In this document: positions 51,030 to 64,000 of the stretch, in pieces
Layout: each line of letters begins with the position of its first letter
How positions within the stretch are numbered: the stretch's first letter is position 1
From: Vicugna vicugna
Lineage: Eukaryota
Direction: 5' to 3'
DNA length: 64,000 bases
Assembly: GCA_013265495.1 (NCBI GenBank)
Contig: MU057744.1
Coordinates: forward strand, 3,175,370-3,239,369
Position numbers and translations under genes: made by a program
The notes under the pieces: generated by a model
Told to the model about the DNA's origin: nothing
Database searches by the model: none
The model's input: only the letters and a program-made list of their open reading frames with translations

Positions 51030-52191
51030 CGCCCTCACGCACTTCACTTGAGCGTTTGTGGTGAAGCAGTTCAGAAAATCAGCTAATGTTGTTAAATCTG
51101 CATCCTTGAGTATACGTTTGTTCAATATTCTACGTGCACAGTGTGAGGTATGCATAAATCCTGTCTCATCCTGAAGCATGGTGTTGGCTTGAGGGAAAAA
51201 AAAAAACCAACCCATGTGCTTGTTTCAGATGTGAGCTAACTAACTGCTTGTTTTCATGAAGCACCACTTGGGCTTTAAAGAACAACTAGCAGACAAACTG
51301 GCTATTCAGACTTGAATATTTTGGAAAAAAATGAATGAAATGAGCTGTCATTTAAAGGAAAATAGTTGACAGGACTTGTTGCCAATGGTAAAATATAGGC
51401 TTTCAAGTACAAATTAAAATTTTTCCAAAAATTTTATCCACCACGTGCATTTGACAGCTTTATCATCCATAACAAGTTTGAGACAGGTGTAATGAGACTG
51501 GTGGTGATACTAATTAATGTAACTCTTTTGAAAAAACATGCTGAAATCTGGGAGATCTGCGTAATTCAGTGAACCAGCATTTTGAAAACAAGCAAGGTGG
51601 TACAAAATTATGCATTGGTCAAAGATTCATTCAGAATACACTGGGTTTTAATGCACCATTGTGTGAAAACTATACATGAGGTTTTAGATTCCACATTGCA
51701 TCTTATATTTAAGAAACTACTACTGTTGAGTTTAGGTGTGTTTTCAAAGTAAAATATCCACAATTATCTGAAAAAAACCCTCAGACATTGACTACTGCTC
51801 TCCTTCTAACTATGTATCTGTGTGAAGCTGGAATTCTTTCATGCATATCAACCCAAACGACATATCTCACTAACACGCTGAATTCAGAAACAGAAACAAA
51901 AATCTAGCAGTCTTCTACCAGCCAGGCATTAATGCAAAATGCAAAAGCGTGAAACAGACTACTCTTACCGATAAATTTTTGTTTGAGAAAATACACTTTT
52001 CAACAGAAGCATGTTGTGTTGGCATGTAATTGGCTTGTTATCATTTTCAAATTGGTTTTTAAATGATCAGTTTCAACTTTAAGTATGGTAAATACCGTTG
52101 CGTTTAGCCCCGTAAACAAGTGGTCTTTGGTGTACTCAGTGATTTTCATAGTGTGAAGAGGATTTGAGGCCACACGTGCTGAGAACCCATG
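51030..52191 (+). mobile_element. Charlie1-family hAT DNA transposon (decayed transposase region and 3' terminus)
   Basis: 'gacaaactggctattcagacttg', 'ttgttgccaatggtaaaat', 'tctgtgtgaagctggaattct', ending 'gctgagaacccatg'. Confidence 0.8.
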
Positions 52192-52509
52192 TTTTAGATG
52201 TGGGAATGCAGTTAAAGACCATGGTCTCCACCTCCGTGGCTGAATAGAGGGGGGCGGCGAGCAAGCCAGCAACCGTGCCACGTGGTGTTGAGAGGAGGGA
52301 GGCAGGACTTCGGAGTCACTGGCAGGGCAGGAAGTCGTCTTAAAAGAAGTATCACTGTACTGAGTCTTAAAGTTCATCTGAATCTTGACGTTCAAGTACA
52401 CGTCAGGCCCGTGAGCAGAGTGTGCATACTGGTAGAGAGAACATTCTGTCCAGAGAAACTGATAATTAGAGAATAGTCTTCTGGAAACTGCAGATTTAGG
52501 TTGCCTGGA

Positions 52510-53020
52510 CAAAGCACGGTGCTGAAGCTGGGCCAAGAGACTTCACGAGGTCCTGATGGTGGGGGAGCGATTGGAAGCTTCCCTGGTAGAAGGTCGCTTC
52601 TGCAGCAGCTTGGAGGCCCACGTGGGCTTTGGGGAGACCGGCCGGGGGGTGGGTAGTTTCAGCTCGGATGCAGTAGGGAGCGGTGAGGGGTGCAGTGTGG
52701 CAGGGCTGAGGCGAGCGCAGGAGTGGACTTCAGCAGCGTTTTTGAGGTCAAATTTATGGGACTTGGGTGGCCAGCTGAATGCAGAGATGATGAAGAAGGT
52801 GAAATGTGTAGCTAAGTGTTTGGCTTAGGTGGTTGGATGACAGTGACGCTGTTCATTGAGTAGGAGGAAGGGGGAGCGTTGGGGAGGGACTGTGTGATAG
52901 GTGTACGTGAACATGTTGAGTGCCATCGGTTGGAGAGGGCCAGTTTCTGCTGAGAGAAACGCAGGGGCCACGACTAGAGGTTCGGAACTGTCAGTGTGTG
53001 GGGGCCAGCTGACCCCGGGC
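52510..53020 (-). mobile_element. L2 fragment
   Basis: 'tttgaggtcaaatttatgggacttgg', 'tttggcttaggtggttggatgacagtgacgctgttcattgag', 'gaacatgttgagt'. Confidence 0.65.
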
Positions 53021-54499
53021 ACCCAGACAGTGGGCGTGGGAGGGCTGCCCGGCAGGCCCGGCGTCCACGTGGGACAGGGCAAAGGGGCTAAACTGCGAGC
53101 GACACGGGCAGTCTGTGGTTCAGCTCACTGTCCAGGTTGGGTGAACCGCAGGTGGGATTCAGAAAGGCCTCAGTCAGTGATCTGCTCGCAGGTGAAGAAG
53201 GCAGAGACTGAGTCTCCATCACGGCTGCCTCGTGCACAGCATTAGTGCTTTGCTCTCTGTGCGCATTCTCGCATGTGAATGAGAGCAAGGGGGGGGCAGT
53301 GCATAGGGCGCAGTGAATGCTTTCTAGTGCAGATCTTCCCTTTTTAGATGTCTGGCAGCATTTAGATAATTGAAAACATTTTAATTTTGGTTTAGATTCA
53401 AATGCATCTTTTGCCAGTCATTTGTGATCTATATAATAAATAGCCATTAAGATTGTTCCCTCAAAAAACATTTTCAGATCTTTACTACTGGCCTCAACGA
53501 TTTGGCAGAAATTATGGTACACAATTGAAAAAAAATAACCAGTAATTAGCCATTTGTGCTTGTATTTTACATTTTAAAATGATACATTAAACTGGTTTAT
53601 AAGGATTGTGTTTCTAGACTTTAAAGGGCACATGGAAGCAGGTGCAACACAACTGTTCAGCACCCTGCCGTTTTCAGTTCTAACTCGGAGGAATCTCTGA
53701 GTGCAGAAGACGGTCAGGGACACAGCCGTGGGCACCGCCTGCTGCAGCAGAGGGCTTTCTGCCATGGGTCTGTACTTGCTTGGCCCCCTGCCCACAGAGG
53801 GATGCAGCTCAGTGGGACAAAGTCTTTTAAAGCATGCCACACTTAGTCAGAATTAATACCTTGTTCTGTTTGATTAACTGGGCTGCCTTTAGCCCCAAAG
53901 AGGGACAAGTGTCCCTTTGACATGACTTCTGTTCTTGAGAGTGGCGTTTTCCCTCCAGACAACTCCTGGTCTACATTCCATTGTATTCAGTTAAGATTTC
54001 TGGCATCTTATCCTTTTATCTTCTGTTTTCCTGGTCATTTGATCCAGTTGATCAAATTCTTCTGTTCCCTGAGTTCTCCACCTGTTTGTTACCTTTCTGC
54101 GGCCTCTCATCCCAAACTGTACGACCAACCACCTCCGTCAGCCACGAGCTGAAGTGGAGGCAGCCCCAGCACCTAGACAGCTCCCCGACTGCGCATCCCA
54201 AGGGCAGGAAGGATGCGGAGGAGAACCGAAGTGCAGGCTGCAGTGGCTTCTCCACCGTCTCAGAGACTGAGGAACAGTTGGAGAGAACGGAGGTTAACAG
54301 TGGCCAAGTCGCATTTTGTAGAAATACAGCCAATATATAGTAAGCATCTGAGAAATGTTTCACTATTATTATTATTATTTAGTCGTTTTCTAGGTAGTGA
54401 GTCTTATGTTAGAGACTAGCAATAAATTCTTGCTTTGCTACCAGCCTCTGTCAGTGCTCATAAAGTTATTTTAGTTTTGTCACAAAGCACATGTATTTC

Positions 54500-54592
54500 G
54501 TTTTTAAAATTTTTTATTTAAGTATAATTAATTTGCAATATTATATTAGTTTCCGGTGTACAGAATAGTGATTCAGTATTTTTACACATTAT
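54500..54592 (-). mobile_element. Short L1 3' end
   Basis: T-rich tail then 'aatattatattagtttccggtgtacagaatagtgattcagtatttt'. Confidence 0.7.
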
Positions 54593-54787
54593 AAAAAATG
54601 AAGTAAAGTTTAAGGATGAGGATTAAATAGGAAATTGGGCTGAGTCGAGAATTAAACTCATACTAATTTAAATTTGGCTCCAATACATTTTCCTTATGTA
54701 GGAAAAGGTGAAAGAGGTCAACTGTTATTAAGCATCTGTCAGCTCTCTGACATTGCTACATCCTTTACAAACCTATTTCTTTAACTC

Positions 54788-55377
54788 TATTTATTTATGT
54801 ATTAAAGTATATTCAGTTTATAATGTGTTGATTTATGGTGTGCAGCACAGTGTTTCAGTCATACATATACATGCATATATTCATTTTCTTTTTCTTTGTC
54901 ATTATGGGTTACTGCAAGATATTGAATATAGTTCCCTGTGCTGTACAGTAGAAACTTATTTATCTGTTTTATATATAGTAATTAATATCTGCAAATCTTG
55001 AACTCCCAGTTTATCCCTTCCGTCCCCCTTTCCTCCTGGTAACCATAAGTTTGTTCTCTATGTCTGTGAGTCTGTTTCTGTTTTGTAAATAAATTCATTT
55101 ATGTCTTTTTTTTTTAGATTCCACATATAAGTGCTATCATACGGTATTGTTCTTTCACTTTCTGGCTTCCTTCACTTAGAATGATGATCTCCAGGTCCAT
55201 CCATGTTGTTGCAAATGGCATTAGTTTATTTTTTTTATGGCTAAGTAGTATTCCATTGCATAAATATACCACAACGTCTTTATCCAGTCATCTGTCAAAG
55301 GACATTTTGGTGGTTTCCATGTCTTGGCTACTGTATATGGTGCTGCTGTGGACATTGGGGTGCATGTGTTTTCCATA
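54788..55377 (-). mobile_element. 5'-truncated L1 (3' UTR plus last ORF2 codons)
   Basis: Homologous to 12590-13200. TSD atttctttaactc (54775-54787) / atttctttaattc (55378-55390). Confidence 0.9.
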
Positions 55378-55689
55378 ATTTCTTTAATTCAACTTAATAT
55401 AAAGCATTTCGTCTCTTATACTTCTTCACAAAAGATATTAAACTATGCTGAACTTGATTCTAGATGTTTGAATCCAGATTTTATTTTTACATCAGCAGTT
55501 TTCAAATGATGGAAACCATTTTATCCTGGAGACTTTTCACACATTTACACAGCATACAAGGTGCTAGTCGGTTGTCAGTTATTTTCATTTGTGACTTTGC
55601 CATTACCGCTGTCTCTGCCTCTGCAAGGCAAAACTTTTATTCATGAAAAGCGTTTAACCTAATGTCAGTGAGCATCCTGTGCATTTAGG

Positions 55690-56655
55690 GTTTGGTCTCT
55701 AAAAATCATTTGCCATTGAAAGAAAATAGTCCCTCTTGGAGAAATCGCTGGCTCCAGGCCCGGGGCAGGGAGTGCTCAGAGGGAGCCCAGGACCTCGTTG
55801 TGCCGACAGTGAGGAGCCGAAGACGGCTGGGGCCACGGGGTTGCGTCAGAATGACTCGGGTTCAACCTGAATGGACTTCCGCTCGTGAGAGGTGGGGCAG
55901 TTTGAAAACCCAAAGGTAGACTCACAAATAATTGAAATAAATGCATTACAGTTCTATGGATTCGTGATAATAATGACAAAAAAGTAATTTTTTAAGAACG
56001 CTAGGTACTTAATGTTATGAAAACTGGTAAACAAAGGGAAATGATCTTTTCTGCCTTTCCTTTGCAGTCTGCAGGTGGCTGTACCACATAACTGATGAGA
56101 GAAATTTTGTCTTTTTAGAAGGATTCCAGTTAAAAACTGATGAAGAAATGGTAAACTTAGAACCACTACATTTTAACCTGTAAATGAGCTAATGAATCTG
56201 GGCAATGATCACTGATCCCTGTCAAACCTTTAGTAGAAAAGCCAATGGGAAACTTACACATGGTAAACAGATCAGGATCTTCAACCAAGGGGGGGAAGGG
56301 GAGGGCCTGTAGATTAAAAGAGAACTAAGGTCAAACAGATGTCGTGTGTGGACCTTATGTGGATCCTGATTCGAACAAACCAACCATGAAATAATATTTA
56401 TGATATAATCGAGAGATGTCATTAGTGAGCATGAGAGAATCTTTGCTGACTGTTCAGGTGTGACATTGGTATAGTGGTTCTCTGTATGTGGTTATATAAG
56501 CAAATCTGGGACTTGCTTCCAAACAATCCAAGATGCAGAGAGGTGGGTGGAGATTTGGGTGAAGTAAGCGTGGCAGCTGTTGACACTGGGTGATGGAGTT
56601 CACTGGAGCACTGCTACATTTGTGTATGCTGGAAATTATATGCTATTTAAAAAAT
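55690..56655 (+). mobile_element. Old L1M (L1MC/L1MD-type) 3' region
   Basis: 'cttggagaaatcgctggctccaggcccggggcaggga' and 'gtgtggaccttatgtggatcctgattcgaacaaacc'. Confidence 0.7.
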
Positions 56656-59600
56656 ACTTATTCCATAGAATATACTCATTTGAAATATAGAGCATTTGCA
56701 TTTGATCCAAAATGGGGGTTACGTTGGAATGGGGAAAAAAATCATTATACTTTAATTTACCTATTTTTGTAGGAGAGAAGACAAACCAAATACATGTCTT
56801 CTGACCCACAAACATACAACTGTAGTACTATAAAATCAATGTAATGTGAGTTTATTGTCTCTAATGTCCCCGATCTCAGACTCCAGTGGCCCCACAGGGG
56901 TCTTCTTTCAGAACAGAAGTCAGATGGTGTCTGTCATCACATTATAGATGATGCTGATTTGCTTGATCCTTAAATTGGGTGCACAGAGCACGACACACGT
57001 GTCTGGTCCCTGCACCATCCGGTAAAGCATTCAGCATGTCTGTCTCCTGCAACTATATGTTTCCTATAGCTGACAAGTTTTAAATGAGACAGTTTTTCCC
57101 CTGCTTTTATTATTCTTTTAAAAATGATAAGCCAATTTAAAAATCATGGAATAGTTTTGAGTTTTTATCAAAACAAGTCACTGTCAAACTTTTTTTCCCA
57201 GACGTGGACTTATTATTTTTGAATAAAATAAAAGCAGTGAATGAAAACAGTAAATAAAAAATGAAACAGCATTCTGGCTGGAGGTGTAAGATGCTGTCCC
57301 ATTTCTTTTTTCTGACCACCTACCTATTGTACATTATTTGGTTGATCATTACCTCTTGAGGACTGAATTTCATTCAGTTACTTGGGCTTTTCTTTTGATC
57401 CTGGAATATGCCAGCCAGAGGAAACAGCCTCCCTTAGATGAATGCTGACAGATGAACATTAGTATATAATTTACACAAACGACATATATCATAAAAGCAG
57501 TTATGCTGAAGTACTTCAGCAGTTGAGACCACACAGGAGGGTTTCCTTGGAGATGCATGGGTGGTGGTCACACCTTCGGCAGCGAGAAGGCCTTCTGTAA
57601 ATGTGGTGGACAGATAAACCAACAACATCCTGCCCCTCATCTTCACTGCCCCCGTGAGACCTGAGCTGAGAGGGCAAGGAGACCTGAGCCAGCACCACGT
57701 TGTGGTACCCCTCCTCACGCCACTCCGCAGCAGGTAGCAGGAGCTGTGCTCCTCCTGCGTGCTCCTGTACAGCAGACCATTAATCTTTGCTGGGTCCCGC
57801 AAGGCGGGTGTCCTGCACTGCTGTGGGCATAGATGTTGTATGAGGAACTGGTGGTGCCCCAAAGCCAGCAGGCCAGATGGTGGCAGAACAGGGACTTCAC
57901 TCTGCAGTCTGCTCTGAGCACGGTGCTCAATCTCTCTCTGCTCATCCAGCCGCTTTGAGAGCGAAGGGGTTAAAGCTCGCTGATGTGCTGTTGTCCAGCT
58001 CCGTCTGCACTGTAACACTAACCTGAACGCAGATGCCTCCAGCCTGGACCTCGCTCCACGCAGGGACGCAGGTGTGCCGCAGTTACTGCTGTGGGAGTAG
58101 AGGGCTGATCTTAGGGGATGTTATCAGATGTCGAATCTGCTGACTGTCAGATTAATACTGAGTGCTACAAATTTTACTTTATGTCATAGATTTGAAACTC
58201 CATGTCAGTTTTTTGTTTTGGAAAATTCTCCAAGATTAATTGCTGCTCTTGCTGATGTGAGTTCCATAAAGGCGATGCCAACAAAAATTCCATTTCCAGC
58301 CCTGAATCGGCAGCACTGGGTTGTTAATGTTTCATTTCCTTAAACATAATAAAGTGTAACAAAGTAACTTGTAAAGCAATTGCCTATAAAAGTGGCTGCA
58401 ACTTGGAATCTATTAAAGTATTCCTTTGAGTCATCACAGAAATTGATTTTCTGCTTTTATTTAATTTTGCATGAAAGTTCAGTCTTGCTGAAAATGTGTG
58501 AATACACTTATATAACACATTTATATTTGTATGGAATTACCGCTACCGAAGACATGTTTTTAAGTAGTTTATTGTTTGGGGTTCATTTCAGGGATTTTTC
58601 CCCCTAAAAACAAGAACTTCTGAGAAATCAAGTTTATATTTGACTTAGTATCCATATTTCCCACATACAGATCACTTCTGCAATGTATCACTCTAAAGTA
58701 TATGCATTGTGAATCATTAGTCATCCAGGATGTATTTACTTTAGTACCTTATTTACCAGAATTTTCAGCCACATTTTAATAAAATGACAGAATAACTTCT
58801 GTTGCTTTGTTGCCCTTTGTCACTGTGGGTAGTGAGCATAGCCACTTCATAAGTCTCTCTTTGGAAAGTGAATAATGAAACTTAAATCTAAGCCCTAAAC
58901 CCGAAATCCCTGGGGGAAAGTGTGATAATGTTCCTGTTGGGATGATCGCTACAAATTATTTGAAGAAGAAACGAAACACAACTAACCACAGGTGCCGTTT
59001 AAATGTTTCAGATGCCACTTAGGAGAGTACCAGATGCGTGATTCGGAGCTGAAGCTCTGCCCTGGCTTTGACTTGCTTGCCTTTTCAGCCATCCTCTGCT
59101 CCTCACCCTGACACGTAACCGCTTTTTTCTTGCGTATTTGTATCCCCAGTTTGTGCAGCTTAGCGCTGGACCGTGGATTGACCTGGGGCAGAGCAGCCTT
59201 TTCCAGAGCAGAGCTGGCTCTGTTCACAGCGTGATGCTTCTGTGTCTGCCATTGTGGCTTGTTTGAAGTGATGGGTAACTCTCAAATTCTTCATGATACC
59301 CTGACTGGGAGAGAATCGGGGTGGATTACAAAAAGGCCTGTCCGGGTGTCCTTGAGGCCACACTTCTGAGAGTCGACAAATGAAGATCTTTCAGGACACA
59401 GGTGAAAACCGTATTCATCTCTCATGGTGGTTAACAATAATTGCAGTAACTGCTCACGTGGCTTCTTTAGTTTGCCGGGGTTTTCATTGCCAGCAGGAAT
59501 TAAGAGAAGCACTTTAAACAACTAACGGGGGTTGGGGGCCCACATTCCATTCCATGGCAGTTTTGCCGCCAAGCGTCAACGTGCCTGAACGTTTTCTTTA

Positions 59601-61056
59601 ATCGCACTCTATACCTGCCTTTTGGAAATCAGCTTTTGGGCCCATTTCTCAGCCCCGTCCTCATCGCTGATAACCTCGTGCTTTCCATTTCTCACTGTGA
59701 TGCCATCTGTCGTTGGAGGGTCTACCTCTGTCTGGCCAGAATTAGAGGAAGGCTGGATTCCTGAGTTTTGCATGCATCCCTGCCCCAATGCACAGCCCTG
59801 GCTTGTGGTCAGCACTGGGGCTTACTGTTGGGACAGAGGGTGAGCCCAACCGGCCAAGTGGGGATTATCACCCAGAGTCAGGCTCCAGGTCTGGGGAGCC
59901 AGGGCTTATGCATAAATGGGAGGTTGGGGTTACACAATGCTAGGGCAGCAAAAAAAATGTTTCCTCCACCGGAAGGTGAAAGTCTCTGCTCCTGGATGGA
60001 AGGTTGTGATCAGCGTGGTCTCAGAAACCTGTTGAGTAGATGTTTTGCCATGAGGAATGAAATGAGAGCGAGGGAGAGAGAGAGCACAAGCCTCGTCCGG
60101 GCAGATCCGCAGCTTTCTGTTCCCAGTTCTGGTGTCCTGGGAGCAGAAGCTGGAGATGAGCCACGTGTGCTGCCTGCTCGGTCTGCAGAGTGTGCTCTGC
60201 GCACTTGGAGAAGCGCTGTCTGCAGAACAGACACTGCACAGGGCATCATGTGCTCATTAGGGAAGTCGACAATGCCCGCCCACGTGGGACACTGGCACGG
60301 GTAGGGGCCTCTCAGACTGGGTTTGAGGTGGAGTTTGTCTCAGCCACTACTGAGCAGGGAACATGTCCCGTCTTTTCTAAGGTCTTTATACCCCACCCCA
60401 TTCCCCTCTCACCGTCCTCACCTGTTTCCATGGGTGTCTGTCATTCTGTTACTGTTCCCACAGGAAGCACCTCACAGTAGACTTACTGCTCTGGCAGGTT
60501 CTGTCTTGGGAGGTGATGGGTGGAGACCAGCCAAAGACACTGTAGCAGAGACGCGTCTAGCCGGCTTTGTGATTTTACACCCTCGACAGGGCGCTGCCAC
60601 CCCAGCACGCGGCGGCGCTGGCAAAGTATGCTGCTCGGCTGTCAGAAACACTTGGAGATGGGCACGCACTGGCCGTTGCCACTGGGCTTGCAGGGACTGT
60701 TAATAGGAGTCCAAGACCTGCATTTGTGTGGCCCTGTTTATCTGAGGGAAGACTCCAAAAGCTTTTCTTTTCCAAAACAGCCAAGTATGGCGGTCTTTCA
60801 GCATAACATCACAGAGCGCTCGAAACTTCCGTCAGGTGAGTTAAATCACCTTCACTTTGAGGCCAGATATTTCCTTTGTGCAGGAGAATAGGGTTCACAC
60901 TGCATGAAGGTGCTGACTTCTGAGCTTCCTCACTCAGCTGGGATGCTGGGCCCTGTGTCACTCCAGGGAGCCCAGTGTCAGTTCCCACAGCCAGGCAGCC
61001 GAGGCACCTGCTGGAGGGGCGTGTCTGCACTGCTAGGCATGTCATATAAATAAATA

Positions 61057-61074
61057 CACACACACACACACACA
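61057..61074. repeat. (CA)9 microsatellite
   Basis: Read directly from the sequence. Confidence 0.9.
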
Positions 61075-62869
61075 TAACCACACATGTATATGTAAATGTA
61101 CACATACTTTTCTTTGGCTGGTTATAAATACTCTAATGGAAAAGGGGATGTGTTCCAGTCGTCTCGGGGAAAGTAGTGAAAGTGATGTGAAAAACCTTAG
61201 TGTCTGTTTTTCCCCCATAATCTAGTCTCTCTCAGACTCTGCCAGCTGGTGAGTGCTCAGCGTCTGGAGGCCAGCTGACTTTGCTCCTTGTCCTGCCCCT
61301 CCTGGGAGGATGGGAGCCGCTTCCCACAGGAGAGCTGTCCGGAGAGACAGGCGTTTGCAGGGGCTTCACTCTGGGCGCTGATGGAGTCCATGAGCTGTTT
61401 TCCAAGTCAGAAAAGAAAAAGGAGGGAAAGGGTTCCCAGAGGGCCGGAGCGGCCCTGGAGAAGAGTTAGGGCCAGGGTCAGGGTCAGGTGTCTCCCGCAA
61501 GGCCACGTTCTGTCTCACAGCCTCGTCTTCTGGTCGCGGAATGGGCTGTTCTCTAGGCCAGGAGTTTCAGAGGTGAGCTCTGAAGTTAGGAAAACCATTG
61601 TCTTCTAATACGACATCTGGGAGTTTCTCAAATAGTACTGCGAAGTGCTTTGCCTGGGATTTGAAGGGAAAAGTACTTGTTTTTCCCTCACTATTATTTG
61701 CCGATTTTCAAGGCTGGAAGTTTGGGACTTTGACAGGCTGTTCTAGGCTCAGTCGGGCCTGCTGAGGCAGGAGGCGTGAGTGCCGCCGGCTCCGAGGAAC
61801 TTGACGTCGAGGATGTTTCTACGCACATGCACTGAGGCGGGGTGAAGGGTGAATGTAGTTAAATAAATCGTTGCTGTTTTTAAAATGATTCCCCCGACTT
61901 ACCCTTTCCGTCCCTCCCTGTTTTTATTTTTTCCTGATATATTCATGCATTTTCTTTTCAGCTCTTTGTGTGTGTTCTGTAAGCCATCTCATACCCTTTC
62001 AATAAGACATCTGGGTTTGAACAAATAAGTAAAAGAATTCCATCACTGAAGCCAACTGAAGATTGGCTGAACCCAGTCAGTTGAAGCCTTCTTAGATTTT
62101 GGCAATAAAGTCGGCCCCACACGCACTCACACATACTCTCTCATCTTGTATTTATATGTAAACACAGTCAGAGCTATATTTAGCTTCATAAAGATGGAGT
62201 CGCAGCAGACTGAAAGAAAGTAAGACTTCCCTGTAAAGAATGGATCTGGTTTCATCTGTCCACACCTCCTCCCACCTGTCCGTCAGGCGGACCCCCTGGA
62301 GCCCAGCCAGCCCTCTGCCCAGGGCTTGCCGCCTCCACCCCATCCCGCGCTCCCTGCCGCCTCCCCCCCGCCCCCCGATCTGCAGGTCTGCTGCATTTTG
62401 GCTTTGACCTGTAGGCCCTAGCACTCAGCACCACTTCTTCGTGAAGTAATTGGGGTTTCTGCTGCTGACCGCGTCGTGTGTAACTGTGTGAATTCGATGT
62501 CTTGTGAGTCACAGACCCAAGTACAACACGAGACACCTGAGAGGTACCTCATGGTTTCAGGTAGTCGACAGCCAATATAAGGGTTGGTTTTATAATAACA
62601 CTTTTAGAGCAGTTTCTCTCAACTTTTTAAAGTTCCGTGATACGATGAATGGAATTTTTTCTGGGGAAAAAAAAAAAAGTGAACCCGATCCCTCCGTGTG
62701 TTCGCCGGAGCAGATGCTGCAGCTTGCTCTTTGTCGCGGCAGCACGCACATGTGGTTGCGTGTTGCTCCTTCTCTCTTTGTGTGGCTCTGGCTAAACTTG
62801 ATACAAGAGAAATTGTATACTGAAATGACATATTTTGGAAAATATTTGTGTTATTTATTTTAAGAACTG

Positions 62870-63290
62870 CTGTCTCACTTACCACTTGTTGTGCCACCCC
62901 AGATGTTAGTGCCTTAAAGCAGTTAGCATCTGTTGATGATACTTCTGTGCCGTGGGTTGGTCCCACCTGGGGTCACTTGTGAATCTGGAGGTTCAGTGGG
63001 GCCACATGGCCCAAGGGTGAGTCTCCCTAACCTGGACGGCAGCTAGCGGCCATCTGCGGGTGACTCCACTCGGCCGCCTGGCAGGACATCCCGCTTTCCT
63101 GGGACAGTCTAGCCGATCCCGGAGTGGGGCAGAACGCCTCGAGAGGGCCAGACCTGGAAGTCACACGTCGGCACCTCCACATCCCCCTGGCCAAGGCAAG
63201 CCACAGGACCAGCCCAGATTCGAGAGGAGAGAAACACACGCCCGTGAGAGGAAGAGCAGGAGATAATTTGTGACCACGTCTAATCTACCA
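62870..63290 (-). mobile_element. Old MLT1 (G/H-type) MaLR LTR
   Basis: 'ctggaagtcacac', 'tggccaaggcaagccacaggaccagcccagattc', ending 'taatctacca'. Confidence 0.7.
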
Positions 63291-63924
63291 TCGTCTTAAT
63301 TTTTGTCAAATTCACTTAATCAGTGGTTGCTATGCAAATAAAAGGAATAAGATTTTCATGTTGTAAGCCTGAATGTGAAAGAAACAGGCAGCTGGTGTCG
63401 CTTTTGAATCTCTGACAAATTTTGTTCAGACGCTGTGGGCCTGTGACAGGTGAGAGACAGCCGAGCAGCAGCACTGCGGTTTCCATCTGACTGACACTCG
63501 CCACCCTCCAGCTCCACCTGAACCTCAGCTGCACATGGGTCTTTTTAGAAAGCTGCCAATTTCTGTAGTTTATTGAGAGGGAAACAGTTTCAGGATATAT
63601 TTAACATCTAGTAATATTTAATGAAGCCATGACTTGGCGCCTAAAGTAAAACCAGTCAGGAAAAGAAAGACTTCTGTTTAAATAGAGACTTGAACAATCG
63701 CATAGGTAGTGAGGATGCCTTCATTTGATTATTTATTTTGTTTCTAATTTGAACTCAGAATTGAAACTGGCTTTCAAAGGAAAGAAAGTTTTATTTTGCA
63801 TTAGCAGCAAGTTTCTTCCTTCGAGGGCTGCAGACTAACCACGTGCTGCTATAAAGTTGGCTGATGATGAAAACATTACCAGTGGCCATTGCACTGAGGC
63901 TTACTGTCTGTTGCACTTGTAGTC

Positions 63925-64000
63925 AATTATACCCTTTAATCCCAGTTTACAGAAGATGGGGCTTGGAGATCTTAAAGATTATGAGAGTTGCTCAGGGTCG
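63925..64000 (-). mobile_element. MIR fragment truncated by the window edge
   Basis: 'atcccagtttacagaagatggggcttggag...gttgctcagggtc'. Confidence 0.5.

Noticed and set aside
1..64000. CRISPR arrays, operons or other prokaryotic systems; a host gene name
   Set aside because: The sequence is mammalian intron-like DNA with no regularly spaced repeat-spacer structure. No candidate exon peptide matched a protein I recognise, so no gene symbol is given.

Overview
Mammalian genomic DNA, most likely a camelid (alpaca/llama/camel). The evidence is two tRNA-Ala-derived SINEs of the camelid vic-1 type and young L1 3' ends of camelid type, both recognised from memory without a database search. The window looks like the interior of one large + strand transcription unit: most young L1s are antisense and there are a few short exon-like segments with splice signals (about 5719-5780, 6443-6490, 16616-16690, 40117-40221). 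I could not identify the gene, and whether these exons are coding or UTR/lncRNA is unresolved. Most other recognisable sequence is interspersed repeat: four 5'-truncated young L1s with target-site duplications, older L1M, L2, L4, MIR, MaLR (MLT1) and ERV1-type LTRs, and hAT DNA transposons (MER20, MER33, MER58A, Charlie1). The only ORFs I recognise are L1 ORF2 remnants. The most unusual signal is a series of sharp CpG-rich GC peaks lying on top of old repeats that should be CpG-poor. One young SINE inside such a peak has almost only A/T->G/C changes, which suggests local GC-biased gene conversion (recombination hotspots) creating CpG-island-like DNA. No prokaryotic-type system, CRISPR array, intact tRNA/rRNA or long novel ORF is supported.
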